From the IMG/VR virus record IMGVR_UViG_3300044691_000230, positions 1 through 63,924 of that record: a stretch of 63,924 nucleotides of DNA, one strand, 5' to 3'. Below are positions 38,903-47,439 of this stretch, one piece after another. Source of the stretch: a virus. Taxonomy: Duplodnaviria > Caudoviricetes. The notes beneath the pieces were generated by a model, which saw only the letters and a list, made by a program, of their open reading frames with translations, ran no database searches and had not been told where the DNA came from. The translations under genes were made by a program, and so were the position numbers. Numbering within the stretch: the first letter of the stretch is position 1; each line of letters begins with the position of its first letter.

Positions 38903-38940
38903 GCAAGCGCAACGCGTGAACGCGGCCAAGGTTGCTACGC

Positions 38941-39066
38941 AAAACGGCCCGGAGGCTTGGGGCGCTCCGGGCCGTCGGTCTGCACCGCCGCAGACGGGCC
39001 TACTTGCGGGATCACTGCGGAGGTCTTCGGCAACCGCAGATCAGGTCCCCGCGTTCGCACGGGTTA
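38941..39066 (-). ncRNA. Candidate small RNA with its own promoter and terminator
   Basis: TTGACG-17-CAATGT upstream; stacked hairpins ending in an 11-bp stem plus TTTT. Confidence 0.45.
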
Positions 39067-39096
39067 GCTGCACATTGGCGAGGCAAAGCGGAACCG

Positions 39097-39327
39097 TCAA
39101 GTCACCTTCCGCCCGATGTGGTTGCCCTTGATCTGGTCGCTGAAGTACCGCCCCTTCGATTGCGCGCCCATCAGGGATTCAGCGCGCTCAAGGCTCACGT
39201 CATCGTAGGCCCACACGTCGCCCTTGGGGAACTGGACATGCAGCGTGCGCGAGCCCTGGTCGTAGTGCAGGCCACTCAGCGCCGTCGATTCCACCGGCGT
39301 CAGGTCAGGGTGCTTCTTGGCGGTCAT
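39097..39327 (-). CDS. KTSC domain protein
   Basis: VES..LSG..YD....L.V.F..G..Y..V......LM.A.SKG.YF...IK. Confidence 0.85.
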   Translation of the reverse strand: MTAKKHPDLTPVESTALSGLHYDQGSRTLHVQFPKGDVWAYDDVSLERAESLMGAQSKGRYFSDQIKGNHIGRKVT

Positions 39328-39475
39328 TGGTGATCTCCTTTCGACCAAGGTTGTTCCAAGCCTTCAGATCGGCATTCGCGGCCATGTGCTCGCCGTTCAT
39401 GCGCAGAGATGCCCCATGCTGGCCGTAGCACTGGTAGAGGGCGCGGTAGAGGTCTAGGCGCTGGTCGGGGGTCAC
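39305..39475 (-). CDS. Hypothetical protein
   Basis: GTGA-coupled start; RBS GGAGG. Confidence 0.5.
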   Translation of the reverse strand: MTPDQRLDLYRALYQCYGQHGASLRMNGEHMAANADLKAWNNLGRKEITNDRQEAP

Positions 39476-39840
39476 GGAAGCCTCCTGACTGAGGGGTGAG
39501 ATGGTCCGTAGTGCCTGAGTATCCACGACTTCACCCGCGTCGGAACATGCGCCTCAAGCAGGCTGATCAAGTCAGCCCCGCCACCCGGACATTGCTCCAG
39601 CGTCCCGTAGATGGTCGCGGCGTTGAGCTGGAGCGAGCATTCGCGAATGAACAGCCGCACGTCCTCGGGACAGTCGTCATAGAACGAGATGTCGCTGCGC
39701 CAGTCGGGATTGCCGCTGAAGATGTTGGCGATGGTCTGCGGATGCACGGGGACAGCACGCGGCGCACGCGTGAGGTAGTTGAGCGCAGGCTTGCCACGGA
39801 GGGCGGCGACGCGGGCGATTTCGTGCTCAAGCGGCGTCAT
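39472..39840 (-). CDS. Hypothetical protein (DUF6525-like)
   Basis: YD.CP..VR.F; HYGPSHP ending. Confidence 0.5.
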   Translation of the reverse strand: MTPLEHEIARVAALRGKPALNYLTRAPRAVPVHPQTIANIFSGNPDWRSDISFYDDCPEDVRLFIRECSLQLNAATIYGTLEQCPGGGADLISLLEAHVPTRVKSWILRHYGPSHPSVRRLP

Positions 39841-40009
39841 CGGTACACTCCACGATGTACGTCTTGGTGCGGTTCTTGATGCACCGCTCTTCGCGCCTCC
39901 CAAGCATCCACTTGTGTCGGTGGGTCTTGCCACAATGAGGGCATTCGACCACGGCGAAATCCCAAGCAATGGCGCCTTGGTCCCGCTTGGCGTGCAGAAC
40001 ATCAGCCAT
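39827..40009 (-). CDS. Small Zn-finger protein
   Basis: CPHCGKTHRH. Confidence 0.6.
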   Translation of the reverse strand: MADVLHAKRDQGAIAWDFAVVECPHCGKTHRHKWMLGRREERCIKNRTKTYIVECTDDAA

Positions 40010-40235
40010 CGGCTTCCACCGCATCGAACGTGCGCACCGGCTTCGTCGGCCGCGCTATGGCCTGAGCTAGCGTGATCCGCAGCGCATGCAGATGCTCCCG
40101 CGCCTGCCGTCGGTCGTGGACATCGATGCAGAACCCACGATGTGGCGGGTCACGCTCCTCCACCACCAGCACGAAGCGGGGCGCGAGGATCGTCCAAGGC
40201 TGGACGCGCTTGAGGTACCAGCGGGTGCTAGTCAC
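40002..40235 (-). CDS. Hypothetical protein
   Basis: Packed in operon. Confidence 0.5.
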   Translation of the reverse strand: MTSTRWYLKRVQPWTILAPRFVLVVEERDPPHRGFCIDVHDRRQAREHLHALRITLAQAIARPTKPVRTFDAVEADG

Positions 40236-40707
40236 CCTGCTTATCCTTCAGCATGTCGAACTTCATCCCATCAAGGGCGCCGAGAAGTTTGTAGAATCCC
40301 TCGCCAGCACTGACACGATAAACCACGTCGCCGTCCTTATGGACGTAGGCGATGCCAAGAATGGCGATCTTGTCCTGGGTAGCGTCGTTGAGCAGGTCAG
40401 TGACCATGCTGACGATGGATTGGCCTTGGCGCGACGGAAGATCAATGACCACGGTTTCCAAACTCCTAGGGTGGATATTTGACGTGAGAGAGATGCCGTC
40501 ATCAACGCCGATGGCGTCAGGTGGACCGCTTCCAGACGGCAAGCCCGGCGACAGTTGCGACCTCTGAGGCAATTCGCGTCGAGAAGGATCGCATCCTTCG
40601 GCTAGTGCGCGAGAAGCTGGGGCTTCCCTCATCCTAGCCGGGTTGTCGTAGTGGGCCTTTACGCACTGAAGGGCCTCAAGAGCAGCCAACGCTTCGGCTT
40701 CGGACAT
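40228..40707 (-). CDS. Hypothetical protein (real start possibly near 40452)
   Basis: Protein-like C-half (KLLGALD); N-half less convincing. Confidence 0.45.
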   Translation of the reverse strand: MSEAEALAALEALQCVKAHYDNPARMREAPASRALAEGCDPSRRELPQRSQLSPGLPSGSGPPDAIGVDDGISLTSNIHPRSLETVVIDLPSRQGQSIVSMVTDLLNDATQDKIAILGIAYVHKDGDVVYRVSAGEGFYKLLGALDGMKFDMLKDKQGD

Positions 40708-40718
40708 AGCGACCTCTG

Positions 40719-41057
40719 CTAGAACAGGGGGGAAGCCTTAGCACACTTGCCTGCTTCGGTTCGCTTTCGGTCGTCCGTCCATGGCATGGAGTAAATCTGG
40801 TATGCGCCCGTGATCCGGTTGATTTCGATCTCTGTTGGAACGACCCCAGCCATCTTCAGGACCGAAGGTCCCTCCATCAAATAGGACGTGTCGCCAACGG
40901 ACAGATCATAGAACGAGGCGTCCACGATGGCTCCTCTAGATGAGAGTTCTACAGTCCTGTCCGTTGGGTAGCCCTCGGTCGTGTGGCCGTTGCAATGAAG
41001 GATGATCTTCGTCTGTGGCGCCGCAATCAAGACCGTCGCCAACGCGAGCGCGAGCAT
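40719..41057 (-). CDS. Secreted protein
   Basis: MLALALATVLIAAPQ signal; L.C.G...INRITG...GKC.K motif. Confidence 0.65.
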   Translation of the reverse strand: MLALALATVLIAAPQTKIILHCNGHTTEGYPTDRTVELSSRGAIVDASFYDLSVGDTSYLMEGPSVLKMAGVVPTEIEINRITGAYQIYSMPWTDDRKRTEAGKCAKASPLF

Positions 41058-41323
41058 CAATGGGGTCCGCCGCCAGACGGTGGCGATGATCGCGCCGTCT
41101 CCAGCTTCTGGCGGCAATCTGCATAGGGCGTCGTGCCATAGGCGAGGCCGTAGGACCGGCATTGCGCATCGTCGCGGGCGGTCGCCTCTGCCCCGACGCC
41201 GTTCGTATAGCCGGGTGTGCCAGGCAGGCAGTCGGCCCAGGCGAAGCCGACGCCGCAATCAAGCGGATGATGCGCGCAGGCGCCCAACATAAGCGCCGCG
41301 CTCAGAACAACAGCGGTCCTCAT
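41057..41323 (-). CDS. Small Cys-rich lipoprotein
   Basis: LMLGA-C lipobox; DDAQCRSYG..GT..YADCR. Confidence 0.7.
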   Translation of the reverse strand: MRTAVVLSAALMLGACAHHPLDCGVGFAWADCLPGTPGYTNGVGAEATARDDAQCRSYGLAYGTTPYADCRQKLETARSSPPSGGGPH

Positions 41324-41350
41324 AGATGCCCCCGTGCTCGCTCGGCTTGA

Positions 41351-41433
41351 GCCGGGCGGTTGATCACGCGCACACAGGGAACGCGCCCCCCGTATTTCCT
41401 ACGAGAGGTCTTCTATTCCGGGAGCCACCCGAC
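41351..41433 (-). ncRNA. C4-like antisense RNA
   Basis: Closing stem GUCGGGUGG/CCGCCCGGC; GAAA-loop hairpin; CGCG hairpin with loop UUCCCUGUGUG (b'); UGAUCAA (a'); complementary a1/b1 boxes at 41477-41484 and 41446-41453. Confidence 0.55.
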
Positions 41434-41536
41434 GAAGCGGGGTCTCCTGTGTGAGCGCAATTGCGCATCGCCAGCGGTGATCAAGCCGGGGGCGACGGCG
41501 GGAATATCTCACCGATACGGATGGCTGGCGAGTCTC

Positions 41537-41692
41537 TTAGCTAGACCGTGACCGGCGCTTGGATTCAGGCTTAGCTGTCTCGTGGCGCTGGGGCTTGGTG
41601 TGCAACGCCGCGTCTACGGCCTTTTCGAACCGCTCCCAGCCATCGGGCCGCAGTTCGGGTTCATCGGTCTTGGGGGAGGGTTTCTCAGGCAT
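41537..41692 (-). CDS. 51-aa peptide of a type seen in IS1595-family elements
   Basis: MPEKPSPKTDEPELRPDGWERFEKAVDAALHTKP... Confidence 0.45.
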   Translation of the reverse strand: MPEKPSPKTDEPELRPDGWERFEKAVDAALHTKPQRHETAKPESKRRSRSS

Positions 41693-42287
41693 GGCTAAAC
41701 CCCGTAGTCAGTTGGCAGAAGCGTATGACGCCCCGTATCTGGAATATTGGGCCGCACTGGGCCGCTTCGTCCATGAATTTTCGAGGGTGGAGTATCTGCT
41801 TCAGGTGCTCTTGAAGCAGTTGGCAGGCGTCGCGGACCCTATCGGCCGTGCCATCTTCTCCGATACCCGCGCCCACGTCGGCAAGGATGCAGTCAAGCGA
41901 ATCCTAGACGCGCGCGGTGAGTTGGTTGCCAAAGCGCGCCTAGAATCGGCACTGACCCAACTGGGGATTATCAACGGCATCCGCAACGATGTGGTTCATT
42001 GGGGCGCCATGCATGACGGGACAGACGCGCTTCTCGTCAGCAACGCCAACAGGGTGACGGCGAACCGCGTGCGAGAGTTTCGACTATCGCCTCTCGACTT
42101 GGAGGCGATGAGCATCGATCTCTTTGGCATCGGCATTCACTTCATCGTGGCGATTCAGATTGATGCTGCAAAGTCCGACGACGTGTTGGAGCACTGGCGC
42201 GAGGCGCTAAAGGCGCCATGGCTCTATAGGCCAGCTCAGCAAGCTCCTCGCAGGAAATCTCGGCGTTCTCGAACCGAGCCCAGTTAA
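41691..42287 (+). CDS. HEPN-like protein
   Basis: ALGRFVHEFSRVE...RNDVVH (RxxxxH); counter-oriented; atypical codon usage. Confidence 0.6.
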   Translation: MAKPRSQLAEAYDAPYLEYWAALGRFVHEFSRVEYLLQVLLKQLAGVADPIGRAIFSDTRAHVGKDAVKRILDARGELVAKARLESALTQLGIINGIRNDVVHWGAMHDGTDALLVSNANRVTANRVREFRLSPLDLEAMSIDLFGIGIHFIVAIQIDAAKSDDVLEHWREALKAPWLYRPAQQAPRRKSRRSRTEPS

Positions 42288-42374
42288 TTTCCAAGGCCCC
42301 CGCCTCGATCATAGCGGGGGTGATTTCGATTACCGGCCTGTCACGCCCTTTGCCGTGTACCATATCTAGACCTC

Positions 42375-42398
42375 GCTATGTTAAAGGGATAATTCCCC
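42375..42398. mobile_element. Possible IS1595 (ISNwi-type) terminal repeat remnant
   Basis: Reverse complement GGGGAATTATCCCTTTAACATAGC fits the ggnnatTAT end consensus; no transposase or clear partner end seen. Confidence 0.35.
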
Positions 42399-42418
42399 CA
42401 GCATCTCCTGCATGGCGC

Positions 42419-42529
42419 TCACAGAAGCGCCACGAACCGCTGCACCGCCTCGCCGATCAGGTGCGAGGTCGCCACCGCAACCACCGCCGCGAAGGTCAGG
42501 CCGAAGATGTAGGGGGCTAGCATGCGCAT
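42419..42529 (-). CDS. 36-aa single-TM peptide (below the ORF-track cutoff)
   Basis: TTGACT-17-GATGCT promoter; GCCACACAGGAGA leader; MRMLAPYIFGLTFAAVVAVATSHLIGEAVQRFVALL. Confidence 0.55.
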   Translation of the reverse strand: MRMLAPYIFGLTFAAVVAVATSHLIGEAVQRFVALL

Positions 42530-42580
42530 GGCGCGTCTCCTGTGTGGCTCAAGGGAGCATCGGACATGGAAGCTACACAG

Positions 42581-44083
42581 TCAATAGCCGGTCACGTCAG
42601 AGCGGCTGGGATCGACGAAGTTGGCATCGTTTCCATCACCAAGGCCGAGATCCTCCTCGACCGTTTCAAAGTTCCGCGTGAGCAATGGTCCAAAGTATTT
42701 CGCACACCCATATTGGACGCAATCGTGCGGATGACTGTATACGTTCTTCTCTGGCTGATCACTATACCGTTCAGCGCCAACAGTTGACAGTCTACGGCGA
42801 TGATATCCGCCCAAGAAACCTTTCCGAACTACCTTGCAGCGCGGATGAACCACAAACAGACTACCGTCTGGATGCAGTTGTCGTAGCGCCCAGCGTACCG
42901 ATTCCTGCCGCAACTGCGGGTCCTGCGGCGCGCCGTCGACCATGATCCCCTTGGCGTGCATGATCTCAAAGCATGTGCGAGAGTCCGTCTGCGCGCGTTG
43001 CTTACCCGCCGGATCGCCCCAGTCCTCGAACTGGACCTCGCCGCGGAAGTTGCGGGCGCAGTGGTTGAGGACGTTGTCGCTGAATTGGTCGATACTCATG
43101 TTGTCGCTGGTCATTTCGTCGAAGACCAGAAACCGCCCATCTGGCAGATTTTGAGCGAAGACACAGCAAGGGGTCAATCCGAAATCCCACAAACGTAGGA
43201 TTGTCGGCCCTTCGATCGGGTCCACCTCTTGGCAGTGCACGCGGTCGATGTACTCGGGATAGACCAGTTTGCCTTCCAGCAGGAAGCCGTACTGACCGTG
43301 CACGTAGATCTTCACCCACTCGTCGCTCTTGCCGGCGATCAGGTTGGCGTAGTAGCGGGGACCGCCTGGCAGATTAGCCAGGTTCTCGGCGCCGGGAGAC
43401 AGACCTGAGGGCTGCTTGAAGTAGCCCACGTAGTCGTCGGGGCTCATCGTCGAGGGCAGATGACCGTCGCGCTGCAATCGGCGGAAATCCTTCAGCCAGC
43501 CCTCTTGCTCGAAAAAGTCATACCATCGGGAATCGCTGTCTGGCGGATTGGTGTCCGACCACATCCCGAACCACGAAGGGCCGTTGTCGACCATGGCCGG
43601 ATAGCGACCGATGCGCCCCTGCAGCGCTTCAAAGATCGCCCATGGCACCTCACGGCCCTCGTTGATCCAGCCTCCGGTCAGTTCCAGAGACAACAGTTTC
43701 TTGACGTCCTCGGGGCGTTCAAGGGCCAGGAACAGCATCTCAATGTCGCAACCGTCGAACGCCTGAATCTGATAGCTGTGCTTGCTTTCGTAATAGCGGC
43801 CGAAGTGCTGGGGCGGGAGCCATTGGAACACCGTGCGGATGGTCGTGTCACGCAGCTCGCGGTAGGTCTGGCGGATGACACCCCAGCGCGTCTTGCGCCG
43901 GCCGTCCGGGCTGCGGCGCTGGATCAGGGATCGGTCGATCATTTCGAAGACGCAGGCACTGGACTTGCCGGCTCCAAGGGGTCCGACCAAGCCGCGGATG
44001 AAGGCGTTGGACTGGTTGAACTCCTCCAGGGTCGGAGCACCTTCGAAGCTGTAACGATATGTGTTCGCAGCCGGGTTGCTCAA
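42581..44083 (-). CDS. terL: Terminase large subunit
   Basis: GPLGAGKSS Walker A; LELTGGWINE; DTNPP; WDFGLTP; GDPAG; SHPHDCVQY. Confidence 0.92.
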   Translation of the reverse strand: MSNPAANTYRYSFEGAPTLEEFNQSNAFIRGLVGPLGAGKSSACVFEMIDRSLIQRRSPDGRRKTRWGVIRQTYRELRDTTIRTVFQWLPPQHFGRYYESKHSYQIQAFDGCDIEMLFLALERPEDVKKLLSLELTGGWINEGREVPWAIFEALQGRIGRYPAMVDNGPSWFGMWSDTNPPDSDSRWYDFFEQEGWLKDFRRLQRDGHLPSTMSPDDYVGYFKQPSGLSPGAENLANLPGGPRYYANLIAGKSDEWVKIYVHGQYGFLLEGKLVYPEYIDRVHCQEVDPIEGPTILRLWDFGLTPCCVFAQNLPDGRFLVFDEMTSDNMSIDQFSDNVLNHCARNFRGEVQFEDWGDPAGKQRAQTDSRTCFEIMHAKGIMVDGAPQDPQLRQESVRWALRQLHPDGSLFVVHPRCKVVRKGFLGGYHRRRLSTVGAERYSDQPEKNVYSHPHDCVQYGCAKYFGPLLTRNFETVEEDLGLGDGNDANFVDPSRSDVTGY

Positions 44084-44187
44084 CTGCGCCCCACCTTGTT
44101 GCCCAGCAGGTGGTTGTGGATGGTCTGGATCATGAGGGCGATGTCTGGGTCTTCAAGGAACTCGACCAGTTCAGTGTCGGTGGCGGC

Positions 44188-44466
44188 CTACCCATTGGCC
44201 GCCTCACCAACCGCGCTCGCTACCGCCGTCCCCTTCTCGCTGACCTTCCAGAGCGAGCATCCCGGCATGGCCCGCTGGACCTGAGGCCAGAAGTTCTCGA
44301 CCTGATACTCAATCTTGCCCATCGGTCCCTGACGGGCGCCGATCACGACGGGAGTGGGGGGCGCGCCGGCGCACATCATGACGCGAAGGTCGGGGGTGGG
44401 CTGGCTGAAGCGGCAGGTCCCGCAGGTCTCAGGGACCTTGGGGCGGATCAGAAGGTGTTCGCTCAT
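44188..44466 (-). CDS. Cys-rich small protein
   Basis: CGTCRF..C..APP..WPQV..GC. Confidence 0.6.
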   Translation of the reverse strand: MSEHLLIRPKVPETCGTCRFSQPTPDLRVMMCAGAPPTPVVIGARQGPMGKIEYQVENFWPQVQRAMPGCSLWKVSEKGTAVASAVGEAANG

Positions 44467-44684
44467 CAGTGCGCTCGCAGGATCATGGCGAGGGCGCCGA
44501 CGCCGAGCACGACGACCGCTGCGAAGATCGCGAGAGCGGCGATAACAGCCCCCCACGGGAAGGCTTCGGCTTCTTCGTCGATCCACTCGAAATCATCGTC
44601 GACCAGCTGCGGCCGAACCACGTCGTTCTGCGCCTCGGTGTTGATCTGTTCGGCGACAAAGCGCCCCTTTGCGTCTCGCATCAT
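44466..44684 (-). CDS. Small protein with RDAKGRF motif and C-terminal TM
   Basis: Motif plus hydrophobic tail. Confidence 0.6.
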   Translation of the reverse strand: MMRDAKGRFVAEQINTEAQNDVVRPQLVDDDFEWIDEEAEAFPWGAVIAALAIFAAVVVLGVGALAMILRAH

Positions 44685-44875
44685 AGTCCCCTCAGAATGT
44701 GGATCTCAGCACTTAGCAGCATGGGCATGAGCGCCCAGAACTCCACCGCCATGCAGACGTACAGACCCGCGAGGACCGGAGCACTGTGCGTGGCGTGGTA
44801 GGTCGCCCTCGCCATGATCGGGCCGGTGATCGGACCAAGGGCGAGAAAGGGGAGGTAGCGGGCGAGGCGGCTCAT
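44681..44875 (-). CDS. Small membrane protein
   Basis: ATGA-coupled start; hydrophobic. Confidence 0.5.
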   Translation of the reverse strand: MSRLARYLPFLALGPITGPIMARATYHATHSAPVLAGLYVCMAVEFWALMPMLLSAEIHILRGL

Positions 44876-45258
44876 TTCGAACCTATGTTGTTCTTGGACC
44901 GTGATCCGTAGGGGGCTTTGCTGCCCCATGTTCCGGGCTCTGGCGTCGGCTTGGGCGTGAGATTGGCAGCCGCGCTGATCTTCGCAGGGCCGCTCATGGT
45001 CGCAGCGCTGACGGCGTGGGTCGTGATGCCATCTTCACCAGACGGCGGCGGCTTGGGAACCTTGCGGCGCGGTGATGGCTTCACTGGCGCCAGCGGCCGA
45101 GCGGTCGCCCTTGCGTCATCTTCGAACTGCCCGACGCCCAACCTCAGCGCCACGGTCGCCAAGGCGTTGACCGAGACAGTCAGTCTCGCCGCCTGGGTCT
45201 CAAGACGCACCCAGATTTCAGGGTCAACGCGGAGCGATTTGACAACGGTCTTAGCCAT
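44872..45258 (-). CDS. Ribbon-helix-helix (Arc-like) regulator
   Basis: VVKSLRVDPEIWVRL..QAA...SVNAL...L; twin TGT-n-ATACA boxes upstream. Confidence 0.6.
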   Translation of the reverse strand: MAKTVVKSLRVDPEIWVRLETQAARLTVSVNALATVALRLGVGQFEDDARATARPLAPVKPSPRRKVPKPPPSGEDGITTHAVSAATMSGPAKISAAANLTPKPTPEPGTWGSKAPYGSRSKNNIGSK

Positions 45259-45308
45259 GGACCTGTAATACACCTGAGGCGGAAATCGTCAACGACTGTC
45301 ATACAGTT

Positions 45309-45824
45309 TCAGGCCGCCATCTCGTCAGGAAGCCACCCCCACGTCTTGCGGTGCTTGATGCTCCAGATGACATTCAGACCCACACCATACATGTCACCTA
45401 TCTGACGCAGCGTACGAGGACCGTTCACAAGAACCCTGATCTCGCGGACCTGAGCCGCGCTCAGGGTGGTCATGTAGTGCTCTTCGCCGAGCGTGCGGTG
45501 GGTGCGTCCACGCTCCTTTCGATCCGTCATGTTTTGGGCGTGCGTACCCACGACGAAGTGCGCCGGATTGATGCACATGCCGTTATCGCAAGTGTGGCGT
45601 AGCATCATCTGTGCGGGGATATGGCCCCCCATTGCAGCCCAAAGAAACCTGCCGGCACGCCAGGTACGACCTTCCCAGAAGAAGGCCGCATATCGTCCCC
45701 CAGAACACAGAGAACCACACCACGGCCAACATGCGTCTGGCGCGCCAAACTCAACGTGGCTCCAGAACCGCGCCATGACTGCAAGGGGCACGGCAATAGG
45801 GCGTTGTTCCGGCAGGTACATCAT
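45309..45824 (-). CDS. HNH (HNH_3-type) homing endonuclease
   Basis: RFW..V...DACWPW; RHTCDN..CINPAH...GT..QN. Confidence 0.88.
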   Translation of the reverse strand: MMYLPEQRPIAVPLAVMARFWSHVEFGAPDACWPWCGSLCSGGRYAAFFWEGRTWRAGRFLWAAMGGHIPAQMMLRHTCDNGMCINPAHFVVGTHAQNMTDRKERGRTHRTLGEEHYMTTLSAAQVREIRVLVNGPRTLRQIGDMYGVGLNVIWSIKHRKTWGWLPDEMAA

Positions 45825-46414
45825 GGCGCGTCGTCCTCCTCGTAGGGCCTGCGCGGTCGAGAGCGAGAGGTCCTTTGGACGACGAACGTCACCGGCACGC
45901 TGATATCCGCCCCGTCCTTGAACACGCCCACGTGCTTGCCCAGGTCCACCAAGGCCGCGCGCTTGTCATACAGCTTGATCCTGGGGCCGTACTTGGTCAT
46001 CGCCACTTCCGAGACAGCCCCTGCGGTGGCGTCGTCCAGCTTGTCGCTGGCGATCAGATCCAAACCGTTGCCCCACTTGGCCACGCGGCGCAGATCAGAG
46101 AACCCGATCTTGGCCAGTTCCTGCAGGACGCGCTCGGCGGTGATCTCCAGTTTGTCCGCCACAGCAGCCGTTTTGGCCTCCACTTTGGCCCGTACTTTGG
46201 CCAGAGCGGCTTGGACGTCAGGATGTTTCATGAGGCGGTGGGCGGCGTCATGAGCTGAGCGTGGAGAGAAGCCTGCTTTGATCGCGGCCTGTGTCCCGTT
46301 GGGGTTCTTCAGGTACTCGGCGGTGAAGACTTCGCGGCGCTTGGCGGCTTCAGAGCGGGAGCTGATGCGGGGCGCGGGTGTGGTTACGCGACTACGCTTC
46401 GACTTGATGACCAT
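45821..46414 (-). CDS. terS: Terminase small subunit
   Basis: F..EYL...NGTQAAIKAGFS..SA...A.RL; VLQELAKIGF; KLYDK..AL..LGKH. Confidence 0.9.
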   Translation of the reverse strand: MVIKSKRSRVTTPAPRISSRSEAAKRREVFTAEYLKNPNGTQAAIKAGFSPRSAHDAAHRLMKHPDVQAALAKVRAKVEAKTAAVADKLEITAERVLQELAKIGFSDLRRVAKWGNGLDLIASDKLDDATAGAVSEVAMTKYGPRIKLYDKRAALVDLGKHVGVFKDGADISVPVTFVVQRTSRSRPRRPYEEDDAP

Positions 46415-46476
46415 TTGCTATGTGCCTGCGGACCTTCTGGGACCGGGGCTTTTGTGCCTTGGTTTGCGGTGTTGCG

Positions 46477-46878
46477 CTAGGGCTGCTGCTGGGCCATGCG
46501 CCTTGCGTGGTTCTCGGCGGCGTTGCGTAGGAGGTCCAGGGCCTCGGGGGTGAGGGGTCGGCCCTTGGCGGGGCGGTTGGAGTGGCGGTCTGTGCGGAGG
46601 TAGTGGAGGAGGTCCTCCCGGCCAAGGCGGGCGAGCTCCATTGTCTGCCAGGCGGTCTGGCGGATGGATTCGAGCAAGGCGGTCATGGCCTCGGCGTTGG
46701 TGTGGGGCGGGAGGCGAAGGCCGTACTCGACCTGGATGCGGGCGCCGGTGGGCTCAAGGGTCAGGGTGGCGGACCACTTCAGGGCTTTGCCATCAGGGGT
46801 CTGGGTGATGTGGGCGGTGAAGGCGGGGTCAATGAGCGACATCTTGGATGTGACGTCGTGGGGGAGGTCGGTGCGCAT
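46477..46878 (-). CDS. Hypothetical protein
   Basis: Host-like codon usage. Confidence 0.55.
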   Translation of the reverse strand: MRTDLPHDVTSKMSLIDPAFTAHITQTPDGKALKWSATLTLEPTGARIQVEYGLRLPPHTNAEAMTALLESIRQTAWQTMELARLGREDLLHYLRTDRHSNRPAKGRPLTPEALDLLRNAAENHARRMAQQQP

Positions 46879-46880
46879 GG

Positions 46881-47081
46881 TCAGTTGCCCGTGTAGATGA
46901 CAACATCTTCGATGACGAGACATGCCCATCGGCCGTCTGGCATGGGTCCGGCGATGATACAGTCCGCCTTGGCTATGTCCTGGATGTCCTCGCCTTGAGC
47001 ATCGATCAGGTTGGTCACGGCAATGAGTTGGCCGTCTTGGACAAGCCAGATGCCGGAAGGGGCGGTGTCGAGATCGCTCAT
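46881..47081 (-). CDS. Hypothetical protein
   Basis: VTNLIDAQGE..IAGP..GRW. Confidence 0.55.
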   Translation of the reverse strand: MSDLDTAPSGIWLVQDGQLIAVTNLIDAQGEDIQDIAKADCIIAGPMPDGRWACLVIEDVVIYTGN

Positions 47082-47281
47082 TTGCCCAGCTTCTTGTTTG
47101 CTTTCGCCTTGATCTTCGATGCCGTGGACGGGCTCATCCGCCCCGCCTTCACGGCCTGGGTTGCGCGGGCCTTGGCGTTGGCCGCATGCGCTTTGTCAGG
47201 CATGGGGTATTTGCGCGATCCGGGCTCGCCAAACGACGACTTGGGGAGGGCTTTGCGGGCCTTGGGTGTGAGCTTAGCCAT
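47078..47281 (-). CDS. Small basic protein (DUF6582-like)
   Basis: RKALPKSSFG.P..RKYPMPD.AHAANAKAR. Confidence 0.7.
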   Translation of the reverse strand: MAKLTPKARKALPKSSFGEPGSRKYPMPDKAHAANAKARATQAVKAGRMSPSTASKIKAKANKKLGK

Positions 47282-47439
47282 CGGAGCGTCTTCTATCGCG
47301 ATAGAGCACCATGTCGCCTTCGTGGTTCCAGAAATAGCCGCCGGTGGTGGGTAGATGGCCCGAACCACGCAAGTGATTAAGCAGTTTCTGGGCTGCTTGA
47401 TCGCCGTCCGAAGGGCGCACGCGACCTAACTCTGTGAGC

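Noticed and set aside
41499-41512. Partner inverted repeat for the IS end (GGGAATATC)
   Set aside because: Too short and gapped to support
47310-47330. Further AAGGCAC-type hairpin (ACCA-CGAAGGCGACA-TGGT)
   Set aside because: Loop diverges from the motif; may be chance
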